Origin: Bacillota bacterium
Lineage (GTDB): Bacteria > Bacillota > DTU030 > DUMP01
Reading direction: 5' to 3'
DNA: 40,000 nt
Assembly (NCBI GenBank): GCA_012837285.1
Contig: DURJ01000075.1
Location: forward strand, 10,023-50,022
Notes under the pieces: model-generated
What the model was told of the DNA's origin: nothing
What the model saw: the letters and a program-made list of their open reading frames with translations, nothing else
The model's database searches: none
Program-made: the position numbers and the translations under genes
Shown here: positions 1-9,228 of the stretch, one piece after another
How positions within the stretch are numbered: the stretch's first letter is position 1
Layout: the number at the start of each line of letters is the position of its first letter

Positions 1-590
1 GATTTAAAGCCAGCTGCTCCAGCGGATCCACCGATACCGTCTACCACCTGTCCTTGGTCAACAGCTATTACCGAGGTAAAGGCTCCGCCCACTTCCACCA
101 GAATCAGGGCCGTATCCTGGTAATGAATCTGGTAAGTATGGGCTTGATCATAAATAGCCAAAATAGCGCAGTTGAGTTTGTCTGCAGTTCCCAGGTCAAT
201 TTTGTTTATCTTCCGCCATCTGGGCACAGTAGGCAGATGAACAACTGCCGGAGTAAAACAAAGAGGTAGTCTCCGAACCCGGGCCAAGTTGATCAAAGCT
301 TCCATCCCCGCTAGGACAGGAATATCCCGCCGCTCCCGGGCCTCTACCAAGGTCATTAGAAACAGTTCCCGCTCACCAATGTCTTGAACATCTGTCACTG
401 GCAAACCGTATCCGGACGGACCTAGAATTAGATCCACCGGCCCGGAAGCCGTTATCATTTCTAGGATCGATTCGGCCCTGTCCGCCACCTGGTCCGATGG
501 TACCGATTGGTCCAAAAACACTCGTCCTTGCTCCCAGCCGCAAAGGTCGAAACTTATGCTTCCTGGGTCGATACCCACCACCCGCGCCAT
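1..590 (-). CDS. DUF1464/COG2441-like predicted kinase-fold protein (actin/ASKHA-like), truncated by the left window edge
   Basis: Manual minus-strand translation from ATG at 588-590 gives an uninterrupted frame MARVVGIDPGSISFDLCGWEQGRVFLDQSVPSDQVADRAES...GGAFTSVIAVDQGQVVDGIGGSAGAAGF to base 1. N-terminal GIDPGS phosphate-1-like motif. Missing from the ORF track because no stop lies within the window. Confidence 0.65.
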   Translation of the reverse strand, partial: MARVVGIDPGSISFDLCGWEQGRVFLDQSVPSDQVADRAESILEMITASGPVDLILGPSGYGLPVTDVQDIGERELFLMTLVEARERRDIPVLAGMEALINLARVRRLPLCFTPAVVHLPTVPRWRKINKIDLGTADKLNCAILAIYDQAHTYQIHYQDTALILVEVGGAFTSVIAVDQGQVVDGIGGSAGAAGFK

Positions 591-591
591 A

Positions 592-1557
592 TCAGTTTCC
601 CGGATCGAGCCACACAGCCAAGCTGGTGGGCCAAGTTACGTGCTCGCCCAGGAACACCTCCCGACGCAGTTCTTTTAGGGTTCCGTACTTCTCCGCAAAC
701 ACATCGTAGCTATGGATTCCTTCATAGTTAAATTGTTTGGCCAACAGAAAAGCATCGTCCTCTAGTTCAGGATAGTCAATCGCCACCTGTCGCACCATTT
801 CCCGAACTACATCCTCCACAAAACGGGGCTGTCGGTGCGCAGCCACAATTACTTGGTACTCATCGGGACGTTTGAGCAGATCAAAAACCGGTGAGCTCAT
901 GGATGTTTCCACAATAGTGACCAAGTCCTGGGCCTGAACTTTCTGTTCGGTACCCAACAACAAGATGCCTTTCCCCCGCTGATTGTGCGAGGCCAACGGC
1001 ACAATAGACAGGATATCTTCTGCTTCCTGGCGGGAAAACCCCCTGGCCAAAAGGTCCTCTTGAGCCTGAGCCCGTACCATCTCCTGGGCACAAGGACAGG
1101 CGGTAAGCCCAGCAGCCTCAACGCCTACCAGTCCGCGGGTACGTCCAGGACGAGCCGCAGCGATGCCAATGAGGGTATAAATCTCTTGGGTGCTGACCCT
1201 TGATACAGGAGTCTGTTTTTGAACCGGATATTTGGCTTGTACCATCACTTCTGAGCGCAGAGCTCCCTGACTTTCTAAAACAGAAGCAGCCAAACTGTAA
1301 GTAAACGATTCAATGTCCATAATACGTTCCTTCACCACTTCGTCCACTGTTTGAATAATACCCTCACTAAAACGGGACATGTGTACGCCTGCTTGGTCGG
1401 GGTTCAAGTCCACAGACAAATCCAACTGGGAATAAAAAAGGTTTTCCTTTCCTTTGGCCCCGATGGAAATAATTTTTGTAATCCCGGTGATTCCCACTCG
1501 ATTTAGACTGACCTGGATCCGTGGCCTGCTTGCTTGGATGTCAATGTCCGTGTACAT
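592..1557 (-). CDS. mptA/folE2: GTP cyclohydrolase, FolE2/MptA type (pterin precursor biosynthesis)
   Basis: 321 aa; IQVSLNRVGITGITKII, GVHMSRFSEGI, EVMVQAKYPVQKQTPVSRVSTQEIYTLIG, GLTACPCAQEMV motifs of COG1469. Confidence 0.9.
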   Translation of the reverse strand: MYTDIDIQASRPRIQVSLNRVGITGITKIISIGAKGKENLFYSQLDLSVDLNPDQAGVHMSRFSEGIIQTVDEVVKERIMDIESFTYSLAASVLESQGALRSEVMVQAKYPVQKQTPVSRVSTQEIYTLIGIAAARPGRTRGLVGVEAAGLTACPCAQEMVRAQAQEDLLARGFSRQEAEDILSIVPLASHNQRGKGILLLGTEQKVQAQDLVTIVETSMSSPVFDLLKRPDEYQVIVAAHRQPRFVEDVVREMVRQVAIDYPELEDDAFLLAKQFNYEGIHSYDVFAEKYGTLKELRREVFLGEHVTWPTSLAVWLDPGN

Positions 1558-1612
1558 GGTCTCCCCTCCTTAGGTGGTGATCCAAAGTGTTTTAATTCGC
1601 CTTATAGACTTT

Positions 1613-2488
1613 TCAGCACCCTTTTTTTTGGCCAAAGAAAGGGCCGTATCCCTCCAGCAGCAACAGGACAAATATGGATGCTGTTATCAGGTCGGCTGTG
1701 GTCCCGGGATTTAAGCGATTACCTTCACTGCGAAGGTAATTGTCTAACGCAGCCAATTCCTGCTGTCCTGCCTGGGTATCTAAGGCGCCGACGGTCAAAA
1801 CCCTTTGCACCTGCTGGGATACTTCCTTAGCCCGCTGCCACCCTGCTTTACGGGCGATCAAGGTATCTGGTACTGCCGCCAATAGTACTAAGTAAGCTTT
1901 CACCACTGCTATACTCCAGTGGTTATATGTCCGCAGAGCTTTCTGTAAGGCCGGCACACCGATGGTAAACGTATAAGTATACCCACTGCAGTACTCAGCA
2001 GCAATACTGTCTCGGTGTCGGGCCAGTTCCATAACGGCTCTGAGAGAAACCGTCGGTTCCCCCGACACATCCTGATGGGATACTTCTCCCAGTCCCCCGG
2101 CTTTAGCTTCTCGTATAGCCAGATACACCTCCTTGGCATCAGCCACAGTCAGTTCATCTAACACTAAGGATAATCTATTTCGGAGTGACAACGCACCGGA
2201 GCTTATCAGTGCTGCTTTGGCCAACGGTGCCAGCAGTAACAAAATGCCTAGATTTGTATTGCAGGAAACCATATGCTGCGCAGCCCGCACCCCTTCCAAA
2301 ATAAGTTGCCCCACCGACAGTTCTTCGCTCCGGGAAAATACCGGCGCACTGGCCCAGGCACTGAGAATAAAGTCTTCATAAGTGGTATCATCAAAATCAT
2401 GCTGTCGGTTAACATTGCCTGGTTTCGGTGCCGTCACCTCTAGTATACAAGCTAGCTCTACTGCCCTGGCCACTTCCTTCGGCCTCAC
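1613..2488 (-). CDS. Triphosphoribosyl-dephospho-CoA synthase (CitG/MdcB)-like protein of H4MPT clusters
   Basis: 291 aa; LEVTAPKPGNVNRQHDFDDTTYEDF, NTNLGILLLLAPLAKA, GGLGEVSHQDV, RHRDSIAAEY, LNPGTTADLITASIFVLLLEG. Confidence 0.8.
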   Translation of the reverse strand: MRPKEVARAVELACILEVTAPKPGNVNRQHDFDDTTYEDFILSAWASAPVFSRSEELSVGQLILEGVRAAQHMVSCNTNLGILLLLAPLAKAALISSGALSLRNRLSLVLDELTVADAKEVYLAIREAKAGGLGEVSHQDVSGEPTVSLRAVMELARHRDSIAAEYCSGYTYTFTIGVPALQKALRTYNHWSIAVVKAYLVLLAAVPDTLIARKAGWQRAKEVSQQVQRVLTVGALDTQAGQQELAALDNYLRSEGNRLNPGTTADLITASIFVLLLLEGYGPFFGQKKGC

Positions 2489-2493
2489 CTGCT

Positions 2494-3366
2494 TCAGCTC
2501 CTTTCTACCACATAGTCAGCCAGGGCTCCGGCAATATCCACCGAGCAGACGCTCTGTAATCCCTGCCAACCCGGTATGCCGTTTACCTCTAATACAAACA
2601 GCTGTCCTTTTTGTGACCAAAGAAGATCGACACCGGCGTAATCAGCCCCCAAACAACCAGCTGCCTTAAGAGCCAACTCTTTTTCCTCAGAAGAAAGGAT
2701 CCGCCAAGTAGCCTCAGCTCCTTGGGCCAAGTTGGTCTTCCAGCTACAGCCGGCTCTAGTCATAGCTGCGATGACTTTCTTTCCTAGCACAAAGGCACGG
2801 ATATCCCAATTATCATGGGGAACATATTGCTGCAGATAGAAAACATAGCCCCCCAGATCCAAGGCCCGAAACACCCGCTGCGCCACATCAGGATCGCTGA
2901 CCCTCACCATCCCTTTTCCCAGCGACCCAAACAACGGTTTCACCACCACATCCCGGCCCAGCTCTTCGAAGGCAGCCAGAGCTTGTTGATAATCCTCCGT
3001 GACCACCGTCGGCGGTGTAGGTATCCCAGCCGCAGCTAAAACTGAGGAGGTGTAGTATTTATCCACTGCTTTTTCAATGACTGTAGGCGAATTGTAGACA
3101 CTGAGTCCCTGTTCCTTTAGCCGGCGGAGGATATCCATGCGTAAGATAATCTGCTCTAGAGAACCGCCAGGGATAGTTCGCACCACCAAAGCAGTGCAAT
3201 CTTGCAGTATTTTGTCCCCAACTGCAACCTCCAGGTTACCGGTGTCGATTCTGGCTGTCAGTTGGGTGATGGGATAGTGCAGTACCGTTGCACCGCGCTT
3301 TACCAAGGCCGCTTCCAGTTGCCGCCGATGCCACCCTTCTCCTCCACCTACAATGCCGATTTTCAC
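2494..3366 (-). CDS. RimK-like ATP-grasp ligase, candidate tetrahydromethanopterin:L-glutamate ligase (MptN-like)
   Basis: 290 aa; ELGRDVVVKPLFGSLGKGMVRVSD, NWDIRAFVLGKKVIAAMTR, SWKTNLAQGA, DYAGVDLLWSQKGQLFVLEVNGIPGWQGL. Confidence 0.8.
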   Translation of the reverse strand: MKIGIVGGGEGWHRRQLEAALVKRGATVLHYPITQLTARIDTGNLEVAVGDKILQDCTALVVRTIPGGSLEQIILRMDILRRLKEQGLSVYNSPTVIEKAVDKYYTSSVLAAAGIPTPPTVVTEDYQQALAAFEELGRDVVVKPLFGSLGKGMVRVSDPDVAQRVFRALDLGGYVFYLQQYVPHDNWDIRAFVLGKKVIAAMTRAGCSWKTNLAQGAEATWRILSSEEKELALKAAGCLGADYAGVDLLWSQKGQLFVLEVNGIPGWQGLQSVCSVDIAGALADYVVERS

Positions 3367-3371
3367 TACCT

Positions 3372-4331
3372 CTACACCTCCAATAACGACGCTCGCAGCA
3401 GGTCGGCATTAATGCTGCCGGCACGATGGACCCGGCCGGTGGATTGATTGTTTATAACAACCTCTGCTGGACTGAACAGTAACGGGTCCATATCATAAAA
3501 ATCACCATAGCGCTTAAACAGATCTAGAAAAAGGGTACCGTAATCGGAAGACGCTGAGGACGGTACCCGATCTACCACCGCTTGAATTCTATCGCTGACA
3601 TCGGCTACCGTGTAGAAACACCGTCCGCCGTACAGCACCGCATCATTGGTCCGTCCGAGGGCTGTCAGATCATCCTGGGCCACCGGTGCCAAGGGACAGG
3701 TGCCAAAAGCCGCTCTAACACAATTTATGTCGTAACCTAAGGTTAGAAGCTTGTGAAGTCCGGTCTCCACCACCCGTGCCGCCACCTGCACTGAACCTAC
3801 AATACTGGCTGTAGAAGCAGCTATCAGCCATAGATGTTGAGGCTGCAAGCCACACTCTGCGGCCAGTTTACGGGCAACTTGTTCCGGAGGCAAACTGTCT
3901 GATTCTAAGATCAACACACCTCGCCTAGCTTGTTCCCGGTAAGCTAAAACCTTGAACACCTCTTCTTTGGCCGCCAGTGCTCGGGCCGGTCCAGAACCCA
4001 AAGCAGAAAAGCCTTCCCCTTGTACCGACCACCCGGCGTACTGAGAAGCCAGGCAAGCGATTGAAGGCTCCTGAACCGTAACCTGAATCCCCGGTAGCCA
4101 AAAATCATCAAAGGAAAGCAGCACAAACTCCACGCGGCCCAAACCTCCCAGACTAGCCTCGGCCACTAGCCGCCCGGCCTCTAAACTTCCGGGAGAATTT
4201 ATTCCCGCATCTAGCACCTGACTTCTGCCGGAAAAAGTAATGTGCTCGATCCCTAAAGCTTGCTGGTTGTCCACCAGGTGTTCTACCAGGACTGCAGCCT
4301 GTTCATTTAAGCAGATTCTGCCCGCTGGCAT
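3372..4331 (-). CDS. mch: Methenyltetrahydromethanopterin cyclohydrolase
   Basis: 319 aa; AGWSVQGEGFSALGSGPARALA, ASTASIVGSVQVAARVVETGLHKL, NDAVLYGGRCFYTV, FYDMDPLLFSPAEVVINN. Confidence 0.92.
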   Translation of the reverse strand: MPAGRICLNEQAAVLVEHLVDNQQALGIEHITFSGRSQVLDAGINSPGSLEAGRLVAEASLGGLGRVEFVLLSFDDFWLPGIQVTVQEPSIACLASQYAGWSVQGEGFSALGSGPARALAAKEEVFKVLAYREQARRGVLILESDSLPPEQVARKLAAECGLQPQHLWLIAASTASIVGSVQVAARVVETGLHKLLTLGYDINCVRAAFGTCPLAPVAQDDLTALGRTNDAVLYGGRCFYTVADVSDRIQAVVDRVPSSASSDYGTLFLDLFKRYGDFYDMDPLLFSPAEVVINNQSTGRVHRAGSINADLLRASLLEV

Positions 4332-5125
4332 ATCAAAATCTCTCCCTTGCCCAATTCATTGGTATCGCCCAGATAGCGAGCACAGCTTCCCTCCCGAGCA
4401 GCCTGGGGCACTGAAACCCCTTGGTTTTCCAGTGTTCGCCAAAGGATGGGCAGGAAGCTAGGACGATAAATACAGCAATAGACAAAGGTTGGCAACAGAT
4501 GGGTGGCTTCAGTTAATACAATGGTGCCTCTGTTCATATTAGCTCCCGGATGGGCACCGCTCTGTCCAAAAACAACTAATGTTCCCGCCCGCATCCCGAC
4601 GCCAAGAAAATCACCGCTGGCACCGCTTACCGCTATCAGTCCTCGTCTCATTCTGGCCCCTACCTCGTTACCCACATTCCCTTTTATGATGATTGTGCCG
4701 CCAGTCATGCCTGTCCTTTCTCCCCTATAGCCGGCACCTACTAAGTGTCCCGCTGATCCTTCAACTCTAATTAATCCCCCTCTCATTTCAGCGCCCAACC
4801 AGTCAGCCACTTCTCCCCTTGCTCTAATCACTCCCCCCAACATACCGGAACCTAAATGCATGCCTACTGGGCCGTCAATGGTGAGCAGGCCCCGGTCCAT
4901 GCCTCGGCCCAAATACTTGACTCGGCCCAAATCACCCTCCACATGTAGCTGCCCGGTACACTCTGTACCGTCAATGGAAAAGAACTCCCCCAAAGGAACC
5001 TGCTCATTACCATATTGTAAAGGAAGCGCTGCCACTTCTCGAACGGGCTTGCCGAGGAGATGTGCCGGAGAAATGCTTTCAGCCTCCAAAGGAACTTCTA
5101 GTTTAGTTTTCAGCTTCAGTCGCAA
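4307..5125 (-). CDS. fwdC/fhcC: Formylmethanofuran dehydrogenase subunit C (FwdC/FhcC)
   Basis: 272 aa; GltS-alpha C-terminal-like repeats (GGVIRARGEVADWLGAEMRGGLIRVEGSAGHLVGAGYRG...GMTGGTIIIKGNVGNEVGARMRRGLIAVSG). Confidence 0.88.
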   Translation of the reverse strand: MRLKLKTKLEVPLEAESISPAHLLGKPVREVAALPLQYGNEQVPLGEFFSIDGTECTGQLHVEGDLGRVKYLGRGMDRGLLTIDGPVGMHLGSGMLGGVIRARGEVADWLGAEMRGGLIRVEGSAGHLVGAGYRGERTGMTGGTIIIKGNVGNEVGARMRRGLIAVSGASGDFLGVGMRAGTLVVFGQSGAHPGANMNRGTIVLTEATHLLPTFVYCCIYRPSFLPILWRTLENQGVSVPQAAREGSCARYLGDTNELGKGEILICQRAESA

Positions 5126-5137
5126 GTTGGGATCACC

Positions 5138-6016
5138 TCATTCCAGCACCGACCGAAGTTGGATTTTGTACTGGCCCAGTTTACCCCCGTAGTTTCCGGC
5201 TGTTATCTGTACAATTCCTGGTTCACAAGCTGCCCTTATTCCAACCCGGGTGGCTTCTTCCACGGCTGCTAAATCGAGCCCGTCAATAACAATTTCCAGC
5301 ACACTGTTCACCTTCGAAGGTAAAGCCGACTCCACTCGTCCTCGCAGGCTTGGACAGTAAGCTGTGTTGGTTGACGCTAGCAGGGATTTATAGCGTGAGC
5401 CCACTTTGCTTCCGCTTCGGACTATACCGCCGGGAAAGGGCATGATAACACCGGCTACCTTTTCCATGGCCTCTACTGCCTTTGTTGCCGCCGCCAAAGT
5501 CAGTTGGTCATCAGTTCCTAGCAGCAGAAAATTGCCTCCGCCCACACCTTTACAGTAGCCAAAGCTCTCTTGAATTAGAAACTCCCCTTCCATTACTGGA
5601 ATCCGCCAGTAGCGCTGTCCGGCAATAACCTTGCTGGCTTGCCACCCATCGCCAAAGTAGCGCAGTTTCCCTCCTACCTGAAGCTGCCCATCACTCGCCA
5701 AGCCGTTGTAGCAAGCAGTGGTGGGACAAGTCATCACGCATTGCCCCAGTCGGGCTAAGAGCTGCTTTTCCAGTTCTTGAAAAGAAGTAGCAAAAAGTAA
5801 GACTGCCACCCCCGGTCGATCATCAGGTGTCGCGGATACTTCGCCTTCAATTCCAGCTTCGCAACCGCAGCCGATAATAGAAGTGGCGAAGCCGGTTACG
5901 CTTTGAGCCGCCTGTAAAGCCCATTTACGGTTGGCAGCTGTAATAATAAACCGGGTTCCATAAAGGGCGAAAGCTTCGGCAAAGGTATCGTGGATGTAGA
6001 CACCCTTTATGTACAC
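5138..6016 (-). CDS. ftr/fhcD: Formylmethanofuran:tetrahydromethanopterin formyltransferase (Ftr/FhcD)
   Basis: ORF 5138-6070; best start is GTG at 6016 (VYIKGVYIHDTFAEAF) behind GGGAGG. IRSGSKVGSRYKSLLASTNTAYCPSLRG motif. Confidence 0.92.
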   Translation of the reverse strand: MYIKGVYIHDTFAEAFALYGTRFIITAANRKWALQAAQSVTGFATSIIGCGCEAGIEGEVSATPDDRPGVAVLLFATSFQELEKQLLARLGQCVMTCPTTACYNGLASDGQLQVGGKLRYFGDGWQASKVIAGQRYWRIPVMEGEFLIQESFGYCKGVGGGNFLLLGTDDQLTLAAATKAVEAMEKVAGVIMPFPGGIVRSGSKVGSRYKSLLASTNTAYCPSLRGRVESALPSKVNSVLEIVIDGLDLAAVEEATRVGIRAACEPGIVQITAGNYGGKLGQYKIQLRSVLE

Positions 6017-7632
6017 GAAATCACCTCCCAGGGGAAATAACGCTGTTTTTCCACTGGGTAATTGGCCCACGAGACGCTATAGACCTGCTCAAATAGCGGT
6101 GCTAACCATGAATCTACCGCCTGTCGCTGACACAGTTCCGGTAACAGAGTTTTGCCAACGCAGCTTCGTATCACCTCTCCCTTGTTAACTACCACTTGCC
6201 CTTCTTTGATTACATATTCCGGGTAAGCAAACATTTCTTGGTAATTGGCTTGGGGCCGGTAAATGGCAATATCGGCCTGAGCACCGATACCAAGATGGCC
6301 TTTGTGTCTGAGACCCAAAGCCCGTGCCGGTCCGGCCCTGGTGGTTATAGCTATCTCCGCCAACGTATACTCCCGGGACAAGTCTGAAACATTGGTCCTT
6401 TGCTGTGCTCTTTTGTTCAGCTTCGCTGCCACCTCTTCCCGGTAACTCCGATCCATTAGGAGTCTGATGATCCAAGGATAGGCGGTGAAAGGACCGGCGT
6501 TAGGATGATCAGTAGTCAAGTACACCTGCCAAGGGTTGTCAATAAGTAGAAAAAGTTCCAAACCAATGAGCCACTGCATCGCCCCGGCATAGCTCTGTTC
6601 ATGGTAAACCAAAGGCACTACCCCGGAACCGGTCTCTCCTTCGATGTCATTGTTCACCCATCGTTCGCCAGTAAGTTGATGCAGTTGGTATTGCAAGGGT
6701 CCGTCAGCGGTCATGGTGACGGCTGGGCCAAAGATCACTTGACCTACATCCACAGTCAAATTAGGATGGCTGTTGACAACAGCAGCCAGTGCTTCCGCCC
6801 CGGAAGCAAACGGCAAACCGTTAGCTTTCCGGTAACCACTAAACTGAAGATGGGTTATGTGTAACCGACGTCCAGCGGCCAGGGCCATAGTAGCCAACGC
6901 CACCTCATCGCTACCAGCCTGACCGAGACCATTGCAGTGCAGGTGAACGGCATGGGGTAGTCTTAGTTCCTCATTGATGTCCAGTAACGTGTCGATAATC
7001 TGTCTGGGAGTAACACCGTAACCGTACACTTCATCATCCAGATGTCGGACATTGCTCCCCCGTTTCCAGTTGGCAACACCACCGGGGTTTACTACTTTGA
7101 TCCCATAACCACCGGTGGCCTCAAGCAGCCAGGTTATGTAGTCCAGTAGTCGCTCTTTCTCTCGCTGACGAATCAAATTTAAAATGAAGTGGTTGTTACC
7201 CATCAAAACCAAAGCGCCCTTATCAACTATAGGTGTGTCCGCCAGTTCTTCATGAACATGGCGCGCCTTCAGTGGTGGCATCGCTGCCTCCACCACAGTA
7301 GTATAGCCCAGCTTGGCATAACGATAGCCAGTGACAAAAGTAGAGGGAACCGTAGCGCCGACACCGCTTCTGGTGCTATGGGTACGACGCACTGGATCTC
7401 GACGGTGATCTTCTGGGCACAAGATCCGCCCGGTATTAACTTTCGGACCGGCGATGTGGGTATGAATGTCGATCCCGCCTGGCATAGCTATTAACCCAGC
7501 GGCAGGAATGACAGTGTCAACGGTGCCCTGCTCCCCGGAAACAATTCTACCATTCTGCACAAAGATGCTCTTCGCCTGTCCGTGGATCCCATTGCGGGGA
7601 TCATAGACACAGGCACCTTCGATCATGAGCAT
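6007..7632 (-). CDS. fwdA/fhcA: Formylmethanofuran dehydrogenase subunit A (amidohydrolase fold)
   Basis: 541 aa; MPGGIDIHTHIAG, GGYGIKVVNPGG (candidate carboxy-lysine), HAVHLHCNGLG, LYLTTDHPNAGPFTAYPWIIRLLMDRSYREE. Start may be the internal ATG at 7626. Confidence 0.92.
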   Translation of the reverse strand: MLMIEGACVYDPRNGIHGQAKSIFVQNGRIVSGEQGTVDTVIPAAGLIAMPGGIDIHTHIAGPKVNTGRILCPEDHRRDPVRRTHSTRSGVGATVPSTFVTGYRYAKLGYTTVVEAAMPPLKARHVHEELADTPIVDKGALVLMGNNHFILNLIRQREKERLLDYITWLLEATGGYGIKVVNPGGVANWKRGSNVRHLDDEVYGYGVTPRQIIDTLLDINEELRLPHAVHLHCNGLGQAGSDEVALATMALAAGRRLHITHLQFSGYRKANGLPFASGAEALAAVVNSHPNLTVDVGQVIFGPAVTMTADGPLQYQLHQLTGERWVNNDIEGETGSGVVPLVYHEQSYAGAMQWLIGLELFLLIDNPWQVYLTTDHPNAGPFTAYPWIIRLLMDRSYREEVAAKLNKRAQQRTNVSDLSREYTLAEIAITTRAGPARALGLRHKGHLGIGAQADIAIYRPQANYQEMFAYPEYVIKEGQVVVNKGEVIRSCVGKTLLPELCQRQAVDSWLAPLFEQVYSVSWANYPVEKQRYFPWEVISCT

Positions 7633-8894
7633 TTGCTCACCCCCTGCACTAATTCGCTGATAATTTCTTCATCGCTGGGCCATGGATATTCAATCAGCTT
7701 TTTCACCGACAGGGGGACTAGATCCATACGGTAGACAGTGCCGGCGGCTCCTATTCCAGCCGGGGCCGAAGGAAAGTACACCTGAGCTACCTGAGCTGTA
7801 GGCGAATAATAGGGGTCCACAACCACTGTAGGGATTTCCTTTAAGCAGGCCGCAGCCCGGGCAGGTAATGTAACCACTGGATCGGCAGCCACAATCAGAG
7901 CCGCATCCACTTCCCGCCGCCGTAATAGATCGGTAGCAGTAAACTCCCCCGGATTATAGCGCGGGTAACCGCGGCTAAAATTGACTGCAAAAGGATATCC
8001 TGTTTGCCAGGCCAAAACACTTTCGCTGCCGGCCACATTACCGTGACCTCGCATCGGCATGGCAGCAAACTTGGTGTGCCGATTTAAGTCACGAACTAAG
8101 TCTATGGCCTGGCCTACATTATAAGGCCCACCTCTGGTCATAGTCAGACCCATCCCAAAGAAAAGCACACCATAACTGGCGGCCCGCAAAATCTCACCTA
8201 CTTCCACAAGCTGTTCCCATGGTATTCCTCCGTAAGTTGCTCGGGGGAGTTCATGGCCCTTAACCAAGGCCCGCAGTACTGTCAGCACCTCAAAATCGCC
8301 ACCTGGTTCCACCTGCAGAAACAGGTCGGCTCCTTTGGCCGTTGCTGTCTTCCGTACGTCCACCACGATCACTTGTCTGTCTTTTCTCCCTCGGGCCACC
8401 TCTAGGCCTCTGGCTGCTACAGAGTAGCGGCTAAAATGACGCGGATGAGCTTCCATCGGATTACAGCCCCAAAAAACCACCACATCAGCTCGGTTTTTAA
8501 CCTCACCCAAAGAGCAAGTGGGGATACCAACCAGCTGTTGAGCCAATGTACCGGGACCATGGCAGATTGATGACGTTGAATCGATGCTGGCCCCGATTAT
8601 TTCTGCCAAATACACCGCTTTCTTTTGAGCCTCACACGTAGTGCTGGAAAGTCCGTAAATCAATGGATGGCGAGCAGTAGCCAGAATCCTGGCCCCCGCA
8701 GCCAGTGCCGCCTTGAAGCTTGATTCCTGTCCGGCCACTCGGGGGCTTACGCCTGCAGGGGAAGCTATGAATTTAGCCCGACCTAACATACATCCTCGCA
8801 GTACAGCTGTCACTTTGTTTTCCTCCACTGTAACTTGGAGATCGTCACACAGGGACCCGCAGCCAGGACAAACAACATTCTTATGAACAACCAC
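7623..8894 (-). CDS. fwdB: Formylmethanofuran dehydrogenase subunit B, molybdopterin/4Fe-4S catalytic subunit (archaeal FwdB-like)
   Basis: ORF 7623-8963; likely GTG start at 8894 after GGGAGG. VVCPGCGSLCDDLQVTV...RGCMLGRAKF; SSICHGPGTLAQQLVGIPTCSLGEVKNRADVVVFWGCNPMEAHPRH; GMGLTMTRGG; PMRGHGNVAGSESVLAWQTGYPF. Confidence 0.9.
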   Translation of the reverse strand: MVVHKNVVCPGCGSLCDDLQVTVEENKVTAVLRGCMLGRAKFIASPAGVSPRVAGQESSFKAALAAGARILATARHPLIYGLSSTTCEAQKKAVYLAEIIGASIDSTSSICHGPGTLAQQLVGIPTCSLGEVKNRADVVVFWGCNPMEAHPRHFSRYSVAARGLEVARGRKDRQVIVVDVRKTATAKGADLFLQVEPGGDFEVLTVLRALVKGHELPRATYGGIPWEQLVEVGEILRAASYGVLFFGMGLTMTRGGPYNVGQAIDLVRDLNRHTKFAAMPMRGHGNVAGSESVLAWQTGYPFAVNFSRGYPRYNPGEFTATDLLRRREVDAALIVAADPVVTLPARAAACLKEIPTVVVDPYYSPTAQVAQVYFPSAPAGIGAAGTVYRMDLVPLSVKKLIEYPWPSDEEIISELVQGVSKCS

Positions 8895-9228
8895 TGGAGT
8901 CCCTCCCCACCCAGGCCTGGAGTCCTTTGTAGCCAGGCATCCCACTCCCGTTTGTTCGTGCATCGGTCAGGCGGTTAGCTTCTGGACCGTAGGGAACAAA
9001 GGCCAGATTATGAGGCAGATCAGCTAGGCGACAGCTAAATATTCCTTCTCCAAACGCGGTGCCCACCCGGACCAAATCTCCTGCCTGCAGCCCCAATTGC
9101 TCTAGAACGGCAGCGCCTAGTTCAACCACGGCAGTTTCCTTTCGGTATAGCCCTGACTCCTTACCTTGCATCAAGCCTCGGCCCTGGTTGATGGTTCTGC
9201 CGGTAATTAGAATTACCTCAACCTTCAC
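8881..9228 (-). CDS. fwdD: Formylmethanofuran dehydrogenase subunit D, molybdopterin dinucleotide-binding domain
   Basis: 115 aa, GTG start; VEVILITGRTINQGRGLMQGKES...CRLADLPHNLAFVPYGPEANRLTDARTNGSGMPGYKG; overlaps the start of fwdB. Confidence 0.82.
   Translation of the reverse strand: MKVEVILITGRTINQGRGLMQGKESGLYRKETAVVELGAAVLEQLGLQAGDLVRVGTAFGEGIFSCRLADLPHNLAFVPYGPEANRLTDARTNGSGMPGYKGLQAWVGRDSSGCS

Noticed and set aside
1613-2488. Citrate lyase or malonate decarboxylase operon on the basis of the CitG-like gene
   Set aside because: No lyase or decarboxylase subunits, acyl carrier protein or CitX-like gene are visible. The neighbours are all H4MPT/MFR genes.
8892-8963. N-terminal extension of FwdB starting at 8963 (MHEQTGVGCLATKDSRPGWGGTP)
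   Set aside because: The Cys in the extension overlaps the fwdD coding region in another frame, and a GTG at 8894 with GGGAGG gives the expected FwdB N-terminus.
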